NCBI GenBank assembly: GCA_028534125.1
Contig: CM052818.1
Span: forward strand, 13,456,001-13,520,000
Length of the DNA stretch: 64,000 nucleotides
Source of the DNA: Lama glama
Lineage: Eukaryota
Direction of reading: 5' to 3'
The notes under the pieces were generated by a model. It saw nothing but the letters and a program-made list of their open reading frames with translations, had not been told where the DNA came from and made no database searches. Position 1 is the stretch's first letter. Every line of letters begins with the position of its first letter. A program made the position numbers and the translations under genes. This document shows, in pieces, positions 44,405 through 55,570 of the stretch.

Positions 44405-44855
44405 TTTTCTTTTTTAATTACAAAATACACATAAAATTCACCATTTTAAAGTGTACAACTCAGTGGATTCAATATATTACAATGTTATGTAAATATCACC
44501 AGTATCTAGTTCCATAACAATTTCATCACTCAAAAATAAACCTCATACCCATTAGCAGTTATTCCTCATCACCCCCTCCCACAAACTCTGGTGAGAGTTA
44601 CCACTAACCTACTTTCTGTCTCTATGAATTTGCCTATTCTGGACATTTCATACAACTAGAATCACATATAATAGGTGGCCTTTTGTGTCTGGCTTCTTTC
44701 ACTTAGCATAATGTCCCCAAATTCAGCCATGTTGTAACATATATCAGTACTTCATTCCTTTTTATGACTGAACAATATTCCATCGTATAGATATACCACA
44801 TTTGTTTATCCATTCATCAGTTGATGGACAATAGTTGATAGGTTGTTTCCAACTG
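44405..44855 (-). mobile_element. L1MB-type 3' end, antisense
   Basis: aaaattcaccattttaaagtgtacaa...ttgcctattctggacatttcat...tttatccattcatcagttgatggaca. Confidence 0.85.
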
Positions 44856-44872
44856 CAATTTCTTTTTATCTG

Positions 44873-44984
44873 GAGTATCAAAAAGGAAACTGATTCCTAG
44901 ACTATTCATCCACTTATTTTATAGCCTAGAGTATAAAAAAGGAAACTGATTCCTAGACTATTCATCCACTAATTTTATAGCATA
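44873..44984. repeat. 56-bp tandem duplication (2 copies, 53/56 identical)
   Basis: units 44873-44928 and 44929-44984 compared by eye. Confidence 0.92.
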
Positions 44985-47900
44985 AATCATCCACTTTCAG
45001 TTTCATGCTTAATTAAGAAGAACTGCAAGTGAAAATCATATTTCATTCATAGAAGAAAAATCCTGGAAAGAACTTTGAAAAGCTAACACATGCATTCCCT
45101 TTACAAGGACAACCATCCTCAGTAAACATAAATATCTCATGCTCCCTTTAAGTGTAATTTGAAATTCAAAATAAAGTAAATAACACCACTAAAAACAAAC
45201 CAAAGCAGTAAGACAAAGCCCTGCTTTATTTTCAAATTATACATGACTCCCTCCTTCCTTTCTCCATGAGAATCAATGATTTAAACCAGCTCCCACTGAT
45301 GGGGATTATGAAAATAATTCATCATCAAAGTCATTATCATTCAGCAGCAAACATTTATTGAGCAACTTCTGTGGTAATCTCTTCCAACATCTAACAGTGT
45401 GATGGAGCAGAGAAGAATCGGAGTTCTAGTATCAGTTCTAACATTAACTAGTTCTGAGACTTAGCTTCTTGGGAACTTGGTTTCTTTACCCATAAAACTG
45501 AGTTACTGAAACAAGGTGTTTTTCCAGCTTTAAAAGCTGTACCTATTCCCTCACAAGAGCTGCAATGAAAGAAAAAGTGGCTCTATATGCCCAATTTTTT
45601 TTTTAAGCATTTGAGTATTCTTTGGATACAGTGGCTGTTGGGAAGCACTGGACATTGGTGAAAAAGAAAACTAACAGTTCCCACCAAAAAACAGATCTTC
45701 ATAGTGAAGGTTCATTGTTGGAGCCAACGACATGAGAAATAACCCAATTTAGCTATTTATTATTTAAAATTATAATTAAAAATAATTTTTTAGTATTCAC
45801 TGTTAAATTATGCATGTTTTGCTCCTTTCCATTGATTCCAACTGAAATATGATTATTCATGTTAAACTGAAAGTCATTTTACCTCGTTTCACCAGTGAAA
45901 AAAGTCCAGCCATGTGTTCCCACACTTCCAAACATGCTTCTAGGGAAATTCATATGTCCTTACTCAGTAAGCGTCAATAATGAGGACTGAACTAGTCATT
46001 TCCATGGCTTCACCATTCCAATGCCTATAGCTGGGTTCTGAGATTTATGTGCTCTCTGACTGGACAGTTATTTTCTGACAGTGGTTAGGAAAGACCTCTT
46101 GGTTGTTAATTCTTCTCAAAATGAGATTAACTCCCTTTAGCTGCCAAATTTCCCTCTTATATAGTTTTTTTTTTTTGACAACTTTCAATTTCCATCCCCT
46201 CTAAACATAAAATCTCCCATTTCATATACCTCTTTTCAATAGTAATAGGATTCTAAACTTAGATGCCACCTGGTCAAATCATGTTACTAAGACTTGCTCA
46301 AGATCATGGTTCGTTGAGGAAGAGCACTGTGCCTAGAATGCGAGTCTCATGACTTAGACTGAGGCTCTTTTCATTGGCTATACTCCAAATTTCAACAGCA
46401 ACAAGCAATCCCTTTCCTTCCTGCAAAGCCCACCCCAATTTGTAGACCAGCTTTGCTAGTTTGTCACTAGCATGACCAGTTGTCACTTCTGCTGTTACAT
46501 GCAGTCAGGTTGAAACAGCACAGATAACAACCTGATTCTGATTTATTCTGTTAAACTCTAGCTCATTTGTTCTCTTAAGAAATTCCAGAGAGGCAAAAGT
46601 AATTGTGTTACTCAAAATACTCCTGAACTCTAGAAACTAAAATTCAAGGACCAAACATGTAGACCTTACTATATTTGAGAGGATAGCAATTTCCAAAAGA
46701 ATGGGGAAAAAAAAAGGCCTATTACTAGGGATACAAACAGAGCTCTCTGCATGGGGAGCTTTGAGAGGGATAGTAAAATGGAATGGGATTAACATTCTCC
46801 TCATTCAGAAGCTAGACCAAAAGGCTTAAAGAGTCCTTCCTTCCTTCCACAGAATTAGTGGAAGATAAGGTGTTAATGAAAGATTACTGCCATTCCTGAC
46901 ATTGGTTAATTTCATTAGGTGATTATTGAAGGAGCGAAAAATGAACATCATCATCTAAGGGATTATTGCTTTAGAAGCCTGAAATAAGATAAGATTCCAC
47001 ATTTTATAATCAACTTAGCCCTCAATGGTTCTTTTGGTTCTTTCCCAACTTTTAACTAAAAATGACCCCCAAAAAGTAGGGTTATTTTAATTGTGATTTT
47101 AAAAATCTATAAATATTAGAGGGTAGAAATCATCTAGAAACCAATCCCCATTTTTATCTAAAAAATGTAGTCATCTCTATCACTCTGTTTCTACAAAGGA
47201 GATATTTTAGCGAATCCAAATAATGGAAGGAGAAAGATAGTTCAGTACCTTAAGACCACCTGAGCACAACCCAGTGGGATTATTATTTGGGGGGGAAGCT
47301 TCACAAATACAAGTTTATTATTGAATCTTGTTTTCATGACTGCAAGAGGTTGCTTGTGTTTTAAATAGTCTTGTATGGTTCTCACTTTCTCTTCTTTTAA
47401 AATATAGTGCAGCTGCTGGTCTGCTCTTATGTTTTGCATAAGAAGCCCACAAGGGACAAAACCCTCTATTAATATCTTGAATTATTTTTAACACATTTAT
47501 ATTTCTATCCTGAATCATCATTTCAGAAAGATGGCAAATTTCCATCTTCCCAGCTGAGGGGAGCACCTGCAAAATACAAGCCCAAACTGTGACACATCTG
47601 GTACCAAAAACCCAATCTTGTTTCATCTGGCCAGCAGACTGAAATATCAAGATCGCTGAACAAAAACAAGTCAAAATGTTAACTGACATTTATATGTAGT
47701 CAACACAGATGTCTAGTTAAGCTGTTTATATTGTAAGCACATGTGTATGTTAACGGAGCACAGACCCCTTTAATAAGCTAGAGTTGGAATATAAATGCAA
47801 GAGAATTTTAAAGACCTGAATGCAATAATTTAGCTCTTTTTCAAATCTTCCCATAGAAACTAAATTAGTTTCATCAGAATCTCAGCATTCTTTTTAAAAA

Positions 47901-48049
47901 GATGCATATAACAAATAAAGAATTTTGTGGAGTTGAGTGTCTCCAAATTGTTTGTTTATTTCCTTTAAAACCTGTTTTCCATGTTTTTGTATCTTAATAT
48001 TTAGATTATGTTTCTTTAAGTGGTAAATTACTTGCACATGACTTAAACC

Positions 48050-48410
48050 AGGTGTCTTGGTTTGTGTTGCCCCAAAAGAAGACCCTGTCACAGAACTAAG
48101 TGTGGGTAGTTCCAGAGGTTAACTTAGGAAGTACAGGCGGGAAACTAGGCAAAGTGAGTCAGGGAAGGGAAAGATGCCAAGAAATGAGTGAGTTAATGAG
48201 CAGGTCACTTCTGTGGGCAAACTAACACTTAGTTTCTCTGGGGATCCTCTGAGAAATAGTCTTAAACTTGCCTCAAAAGCATCCCACCAGAAGCCACCTA
48301 GACTGGACCATTTATCTACCCGCTCCCATCCCTGTGACAAGGGTTACCCGGCTCTCTGACCCCAAGTAAACTCATGTTGCTGAGGGGATGTGAGGCAGAC
48401 ACTAACATCC
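48050..48410. mobile_element. ERVL LTR (LTR33-like)
   Basis: tgtcttggtttgtgttgcccc...gtgagtcagggaagggaaagatgccaa...ttaatgagcaggtcacttctgtgggcaa. Confidence 0.6.
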
Positions 48411-48734
48411 AAACTGCTTGGAGTCTTAACAACAGATGCACATGTAACTGGCCCGATGGCTTTATACCACATGAGCCTTTCCTTAACTTAACTTTTACTG
48501 TTGATTCTCCATCTTTTTTTCTCTCTTCCTTTCTTTAGAGAAAACTCTGGTTTTCTTCTCCTCTGTGTATCGCTCACTTAGCAAATCAGGCACCAACCAT
48601 GTTCATTCGATGCAAAGACACATAAGATATTATGTTAAGTGGTATTGTATAATGAATCCCATGAATCTACCTGACTCCAGAGCAAATCACAAGTCCAGCT
48701 ACAGAGTACTGTATAAAACTGGTTGCCCTTTAAA

Positions 48735-50223
48735 GATAAATTTTCAAGGAAGCTAGTGAAGTTAAAACTTCAAGGCCCTTCCCTTGCATCAATCCTTTCT
48801 AAGGCCCTAAAGAGGCCTTGTTCACATTGTCATATTATTTTTGTAAAATTTGCAAAAGTAATGCATTTTAACTAAATAGGTTACAATTGATCTTTCCTCT
48901 TAGGTTCCCCTCTTCATATCTCTCCTCATGTTGGGTAGCATTGGGATGGTTACAAGCATTTTTGGGAATTCAGCCCAGGGAAGTTGAGTTAGAATGGTTT
49001 ATTTAACTTGGACTTTGTGGGTTATATCTATATAGTTCACAGTCACTTCAATGTATATATAATTCCAGTTCATGTCTGGGTAGGAATAGCTTCTAAAAGT
49101 ATTCCTACTACCCTCTGTGTTGACTTTACCTGACAGTATGCACAAAGTTTCAAGTCAGGGGTCCTATCATAGTTTAATCTGCCCTGCAGTGTCCAGCACC
49201 AGAGGAGGTAATAGAGGAACAACAGATTTTAAAATATCCAGAGCCAGAAGCTAATCTATAGAAAATTCTCCCAATCACCAAAAGTATAAAATGAAGAGCA
49301 GAGGATTTGGTTTTTATTCAGTGCCTATTCAAGAATATATTTAACTATGTAGCATAGGCAATTATAAATGCACCATACCATGAAAACATTTTTCATCTAT
49401 TTCTATAAGAATACACTAGATATTATTCTGACAATTAGAAGTGAATTATAACCCCCCAAATATTTCAGACAATACCAGAAACTGTAATTCATCAAGAGGA
49501 AGAAATGAATTTCAAGTAGAAGTAATAAATGGACTCTTGGGTTGATCAAATTAATGAAAAAAAGTGAATCGTGTGAACATACTGGGAAAGAATTTAAATA
49601 TCCTGCTACTTCAAAATGAACATTAACATCAGTAAAGAAAACATTAAATGGATAATTTTACTACCACAACAAGGTCATTGACAACTCGCTAGTTAGTGAG
49701 TGTGGCCATTTCAAAAGTTATTTAACATTGATCCTTGGACAAGAAAACTTGGAGTGATTTATAGTTCTACATATCTTATATGATAGAAACTTGATAGAGG
49801 ATTCCCAAATTTGACAACAATCTTTAAAATTTCCATGACATTGCCAAAATGGCTTGTGAAATCAAAATAATCTTTTTGCAAAATACTAAGAATTTTTTCT
49901 CAACCATTCTAGAAGAAAGGTTGAGTTATCTTTCTATTATCTCTATAAGAAATGATATTATAAAATTGGTGCCATAGGCAATCAAAGAGTATACAGCCAA
50001 AAAATGTAGGGAGAAAAATATTACAAAGGAATGCCTGGCATTCCCCAGGCTTCGTGATATTTGCTGTCAGCTCTTAAAATTTGTAATTTATTGTGATTTC
50101 TTTTGTCAGTCTAAATAAGAATAGCTTTTGTGTCTAATTTTGCATTTATAATTTTGTATTCTTTCCCTTAATGTGAGCTTCTAAATATGTATAAGCTTTG
50201 CTCAAAACCTGGATATGTTCCTG
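48735..50223 (+). mobile_element. internally deleted hAT-Tip100 DNA transposon (Zaphod-like)
   Basis: terminal motifs gaagctagtgaagttaaaacttcaaggccc and taagctttgctcaaaacctggatatgttcctg; decayed hAT dimerisation-domain peptides FPNLTTIFKISMTLP and STILEERLSYLSIISIRNDI near 49800-49960. Confidence 0.7.
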
Positions 50224-52242
50224 GTTGCACAAAGTAGCGGTAATGCCTAGCAATATATGGGGCTTTTGTGCAAAGAGAAAAGGACATTTACCCTAGGCCT
50301 TGGAATATTTGAATAGGCAGAGAAAAAAGGTACAGGACATGACCCTTTATTTCAAACTTATCACAACAACCTACAGGCATCATTTAATCTTATTAATAGC
50401 AATTGTGTATTTAAGAGTTGCTAATTTCTAATTCAAGCCCAAAAGCTGAAAACTATATTTCAACCTCTGGCCTCTATTAGATGTGCTCTTGTAGTAATTA
50501 AATATTCTATTCCCCCTATTAGTCTCTAAGCAGTGATTATCTGCCTTTATTTCCTCCAAGAATCTGTTGATTAGCCATTAATAAGAAGGTAAAGACCTCA
50601 ATAAGGTCAATCTGAAGCTATCTAATCCCTGATTACATCTCAGCTCCAGGATCCTGTCTTACAACTCTAGTGTAACTTGCTACAAAAAACAAACACTGGC
50701 CACCTGGCACTGTGCTAAGAGAACAAAGATAAATATGATACAGTCCCTGGCCTCAAAGAACTTACAATATGGTTAAAGAATTAAACCCAATAATTTGGGC
50801 TCAGTTTTTTAAAAATAATCACTATTTGTTGAGCACCTATATTTATGAGGAGCTTTTAGGCTATTATCTCCTCACTTTCATCCAATGAAGAAGGGATTTT
50901 CAGCTCCATTTTACTGACGAAGAAGCAGATTTAATGATTTGTTTAGGGTTAAATTTCAAGCAGGGGCAAACCAAGATTCGAAGCAAGACCCTTTTTTTCT
51001 AGAGCCTTAATATGTTCCAAGGGGAGGACTGCTGAGAGCAGTTAACCCTGACTAGAGGAAGTCAGAGTAGGCACTCCTGGGCTGATCCTAAAGTGGAACA
51101 GGGTTTGTTCCAGTAAAGAAAGGGTATTTCAGCAGAGGGGAATTTACACACAAAGGCAAGGAAATAAAACACAAAAAGGAACATGTCAAGAAACTTCATA
51201 AACCTCATAGTTCCTAACACTTAACCAAGATCCTGACTCCTAGTACTCAACCACGTGGTGACAAATCTCATTCCATCTACCAGTTTTTTCATTTCCTCAA
51301 CCATTTTTCTCTCTTTCTTTACTTAACTCCTTATTTCATTCTTTCCACAAGCATGGATATGATGGTTGTTTAAACACCTTTCCTGCTTCTAACAAACTTA
51401 GTTTATTGAGGGAAACAAATTAATCAAACAATCCCACAAACAAATGTAAAACTGCAACTATGACAGATGCTACCAAAAAAGGCAGATGGAGCTACAAGCA
51501 CCTATAATAGGGGGAAATCAAATGACCTATTCAGGGATCCCTTGAAAAATACCCCTAGAGCTGAGCTCTTGAAGATGAAGAGGGTACCATTGAAGAATGT
51601 GTGTCTTTATTCTTAGATCTATGGAAAGCTATTTGAATATTTTAAACAGGTAAGTAATGCCATTGTATTTGCACTTTGGAAAAACTCCCTTTGACCTACA
51701 GCTAGACTGGAAGGGGATCAGAACGGATGCAGGTTAGAAGACTATGCCAGCAGCCCAGGAAAAGATGATACACTAACTTGGACAAAAGTGTTGGTGGAGA
51801 GCATGAAAAGAAATGAATAGATTCTGTATAGAGAAAGGACAAAATAAAGGACTTAATGACAAATTGGATGTAGTTACTGAGGGAGAAGGACAGGTTAGGA
51901 ATGAGCCTACGTTTCTGGTAACCCAATAGGCAGCCAATTGTTTCCAAGCAGAGATGCAGGAACCAAGCTTCTCCCATTTGCAGAACTCAACTCTCTGCAA
52001 CTGATGACTTCCAAGGTCACTATCCTCATCTACATCAAGAGGTGGATCAATGGCGTTTTGAATGTAAGAATTTTTTACCAGGTAGGCCTGGAAATGGCTT
52101 ATATCACTCTGCTCTCTTCCTTTGGCCACACTTGCGAATAAGGCTGGGAAACAGAGTCTAGCTGTTTGTCCAGAAAGAAGAGCAAAGGGCTTTGGTCACT
52201 AGCTAGCAGTCTCTGCCTCAGTGAGAAGCTAGAAAATGAGTA

Positions 52243-52458
52243 CAGTTGACCATTGAACAATGAGGGGGTTAGGGGTGCCTACCCTCTGCCCAGTAAAAAT
52301 TCTGACCTTCATTTTACCCGGTTCCTCCATATTCGAGGTTCCACATCCATGGATTCAAGCAACTGTGTATTGTGTAGTACTGTAGCATTCACTCCTGAAA
52401 AAATTTGCATATAAATAAACCCATGTTGTTCAAGCTCGTGTTGTTCAAAGGTCAACTG
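52243..52458. mobile_element. Tigger2-family MITE, 216 bp
   Basis: 18-bp TIRs cagttgaccattgaacaa / ttgttcaaaggtcaactg (17/18) with TA on both sides. Confidence 0.88.
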
Positions 52459-52590
52459 TATATTCTTTAGTATGGTAATGGAGCGTTCCACTGAAATAGA
52501 GAACAGTTTTCTAACTTCCAGATTAAATTTCAGTTTCACTTTTTTCTCTATATCCCTTCTCTTTAACATACTTCTTATATTCAAAGATAA

Positions 52591-53434
52591 GTAATCCATT
52601 GTATAAATATTCCACAACTTCTTTATCCAGTCATCTGTCAATGGACATTTAGGTTGCTTCCATGTCTTGGCTATTGTATATAGTGCTGCTATGAACACTG
52701 AGGTGCATGTATCTTTTTGAATTAGATTTCCCTCTGGATACATGACCAGGAGTGGAATTGCTGGATCATATGGTAAGTCTATTTTTAGTTTTTTGAGGAA
52801 TCTCCATACTGTTTTCCAAAATAGCTCCACCAAACTGCATTCCCCCCAGCAGTATAGGAGGGTTCCCTTTTCTCCACACCCTCTCCAGTATTTATCATTC
52901 ATGGACTTTTGAATGATGGCCATTCCAACTGATGTGAGGTGATACCTCACAGTAGTTTTGGTTTTCATTTCTCTGATAATTAGCAATATTGAGCATTTTT
53001 TCATATGCCTATTGGCCATTTGTATGACTTCACTGGAGAAATGCTTGTTTAGGTCTTCTGAGCCCAATCCATTTTTGGATTGGGCTGTTTTTCTGTTATT
53101 AAGCTGTAAGAGCTGTCTATATATTCTGGAAATTAAGCCTTTGTCAGTCACATCATTTGCAAATATTTTCTCCCATTCCATAGGTTGCTGTTTTGTTTTG
53201 CTTATGGTTTTCTTTACTGTGCAAAAGCTTATCAGTTTAATTAGGTCTCATTTGTTAATTATTGCTTTTATTTCTATTGCCTGGGTAGACTGCCCTAGGA
53301 AAACATTGCTAAGATTTATGTCAGAGAACATTTTGCCCATGTTTTCTTCTAGGAGATATATCGTGTCTTGTCTTATATTTAAGTCTTTAAGCCATTTTGA
53401 GTTTATTTTTGTGTATTGTGTGAGGGAGTGTTCT
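52591..53434 (-). mobile_element. L1 ORF2 C-terminal segment, inverted part of a 5'-inverted L1
   Basis: ORF 52309..53181 gives EWEKIFAN...[17 protein letters not shown]...[10 protein letters not shown]...WKQPKCP, typical of the L1 ORF2p C-terminus. Confidence 0.95.
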
Positions 53435-53937
53435 AAGAAGTTGTGATATATTTATACAGTGGAATACTACTCAGCCATAAAAAAGAATAAAATAATGCCA
53501 TTTGAAGCAACATGGATGGACGTAGAGATCATCATTCTAAGTGAAGTGTTCCATAAAGAGAAAGAAAAAACCATATATCACTCATATGTGGAATCTGAAA
53601 AACAAAAAAAAAGGATACTAATGAACTCATCTACAAAACAGAAACAGACCCACAGACATAGTAAACAATCTAACGGTTACCAGGGAAAGAGGGTGGGAAG
53701 GGATAAATTTAGGAGTTTGAGGTTTACAAATGTTAGCCATTATATATAAAAATAGATTCAAAAAAACAAGTTTCTTCTGTAAAGCACAGGGCACTATATT
53801 CAATATCTTGTAATAACCTTTAATGAAAAAGAATATGAAAACAAATATATGTATGTATACACATGACTGGGACATTGTGTTGTATACCAGAAACTGACAC
53901 ACTGTAACAGACTGTACTTCAATTTAAAAAAAAAAAA
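53435..53937 (+). mobile_element. L1 ORF2 end, 3' UTR and poly(A), non-inverted part of the same insertion
   Basis: EYYSAIKKNKIMPFEATWMDVEIIILSEV, artiodactyl-like L1 3' UTR, A12 tail at 53926-53937. Confidence 0.93.
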
Positions 53938-54139
53938 GTAAGTAAAACCCTTACTTGGTTCCATGTATTCTTTTTTAATAAGGGCAAATCACCTTTTCAA
54001 TATCTAGTTATTCATATAATGGATATTTAAGTGTCTATAGTTGTCTCAGCCTAGCTGTTTAATCCTTGTCCAAGAATGGCAGAAAGGAAGAAAACTGTTT
54101 TTTTACTCTTAAAAAAAGGGGTATTAGTACTGAGTTTTA

Positions 54140-54500
54140 AGAACATTTATGCACAACTATGATTACTTTAGTGTTATTTCTAATAACCAAACAAATGAAA
54201 ACAGCTTAAATATGCAATAATGGGGGAATAGCTAAGTTAAAACCATGGCACATCTATATAGTAGAATATTATGCAGTGATTAAAATATGTATAAAGAGAT
54301 TTTTATGAAGTGGGGAATGTTTATGATACAGTAAGTGGAAAATGCAGGAAGTACTATCTCAATTACATAAATACATGCATGGAAAGAAGAAATTACACCA
54401 AATGTTAACTGTAGATATTTCTGGAATAGGATTAAAAGAATATTGTATTCTCCTCTCTGTACTTTCCTATATCTCTCTCTGCAATTAATTATTTTTTTAC
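54140..54500 (+). mobile_element. old L1ME-type 3' fragment
   Basis: agaatattatgcagtgattaaaa...attacaccaaatgttaactgtag motifs. Confidence 0.55.
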
Positions 54501-54895
54501 AGTAATTTTCATATCAGATTAAGATTTTTTTTTTAATTCAAAGCAAACTCAAGGAAGCCATAGGATACCAGAAAATATGATAGGTAGTCACCACCAGGCT
54601 ATTTTAAAGCTTCCTAAGCATAATGGACACTAAATTAAAGCCGAAGGCTTAGTCCAAAATTTAGGATTGGGTTATGAGAATCTTCCATATGTGTGCTTAT
54701 TCAGTAGTAGTAAGAGCCCCACCAGTCCCATTAACCGAGCACTTTAACATCTTAGTAACCTACATGCAGCCCATGGGACAGGTCCATCAGTGCTGACCTG
54801 CTGAGCACAAAAAAGAGAACTCAGGCCAGAGAAACAGACCTGAGGAGATGAGGTGGTGTAACAAAGCCAAACCTAAAAAAAAAGAATCAGGAGGA

Positions 54896-55019
54896 GGGGG
54901 AGAGTATAGCTTAGTGGTAGAGTGTGTGCTTAGCATGCAGGAGGTCCTGGACCTCCATTAAACTAAATAAATAAACAAACCTAATTACCACCCACCCAAA
55001 AAAGTAAAGTTAAAGAAAG
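54896..55019 (+). mobile_element. tRNA-derived SINE, camelid Vic-type, with perfect 15-bp TSD
   Basis: ggggagagtatagcttagtggtagag head; TSD aaagaatcaggagga at 54881-54895 and 55020-55034. Confidence 0.88.
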
Positions 55020-55324
55020 AAAGAATCAGGAGGAAAGGCCAGACTTCGGCTACACAACAGCAAAGGACAGAGGTCCAGACATCAAACAAGTAGACACAAA
55101 AGCCAAAAGCTGCAGGAGCACTTTGGATTCAGAAGTGTTAAGTGAGGTTCAAGAGCAAGGATCCAGGAGCCAGGAATTCACATTAATCTCCAAGCATGGA
55201 ATTTAGGCCAGTGCCTCAGATGAAAAGCTAAGGCATGCCTTCAGACACCTTGAAGCTTAGTGTTATCAAATCTGTGTTACCCTTTTCCAAGAAAAGCATT
55301 TTTTAATGCCTAGATATTTAAATA

Positions 55325-55570
55325 GTAATAACGGTAACATTTACTGAATGCCTATTATATGCCATAGACAGTGGCCTCACACTGTGCTAAATACTTTGTA
55401 TGCTTTACAGATATTATCTTGTTTATAACAGGGACATTTCTGTCCCATTTGAAAGACAAAGAGGCTGAGTGTTGGAGAAGAAACTGTCTAAGTCACACGA
55501 GTAGAAAGTGGTGGAGCCAGGTCTATAATCCAAGTCAGTCTTACACCAAAGCTCATGGTCCTAAGCACAT
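55325..55570 (-). mobile_element. MIR SINE
   Basis: taacatttactgaatgcctattat...tgtcccatttgaaagacaaagaggctgag...aagtcacacgagtagaaagtggtggagccagg. Confidence 0.7.

Noticed and set aside
44873..44984. Direct repeats as a possible CRISPR-like array
   Set aside because: Two adjacent units with no spacers, in mammalian DNA
52309..53181. 290-aa minus-strand ORF, the longest in the window
   Set aside because: L1 ORF2 C-terminal remnant running into flank and a Tigger MITE; no RT or endonuclease domain and the Cys/His motif is degraded
52958..53446. 162-aa hydrophobic ORF
   Set aside because: Antisense translation of L1 ORF2, a common spurious ORF
54896..54960. tRNA-like sequence (also at 38040-38110)
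   Set aside because: SINE heads with A-rich tails and TSDs, not tRNA genes
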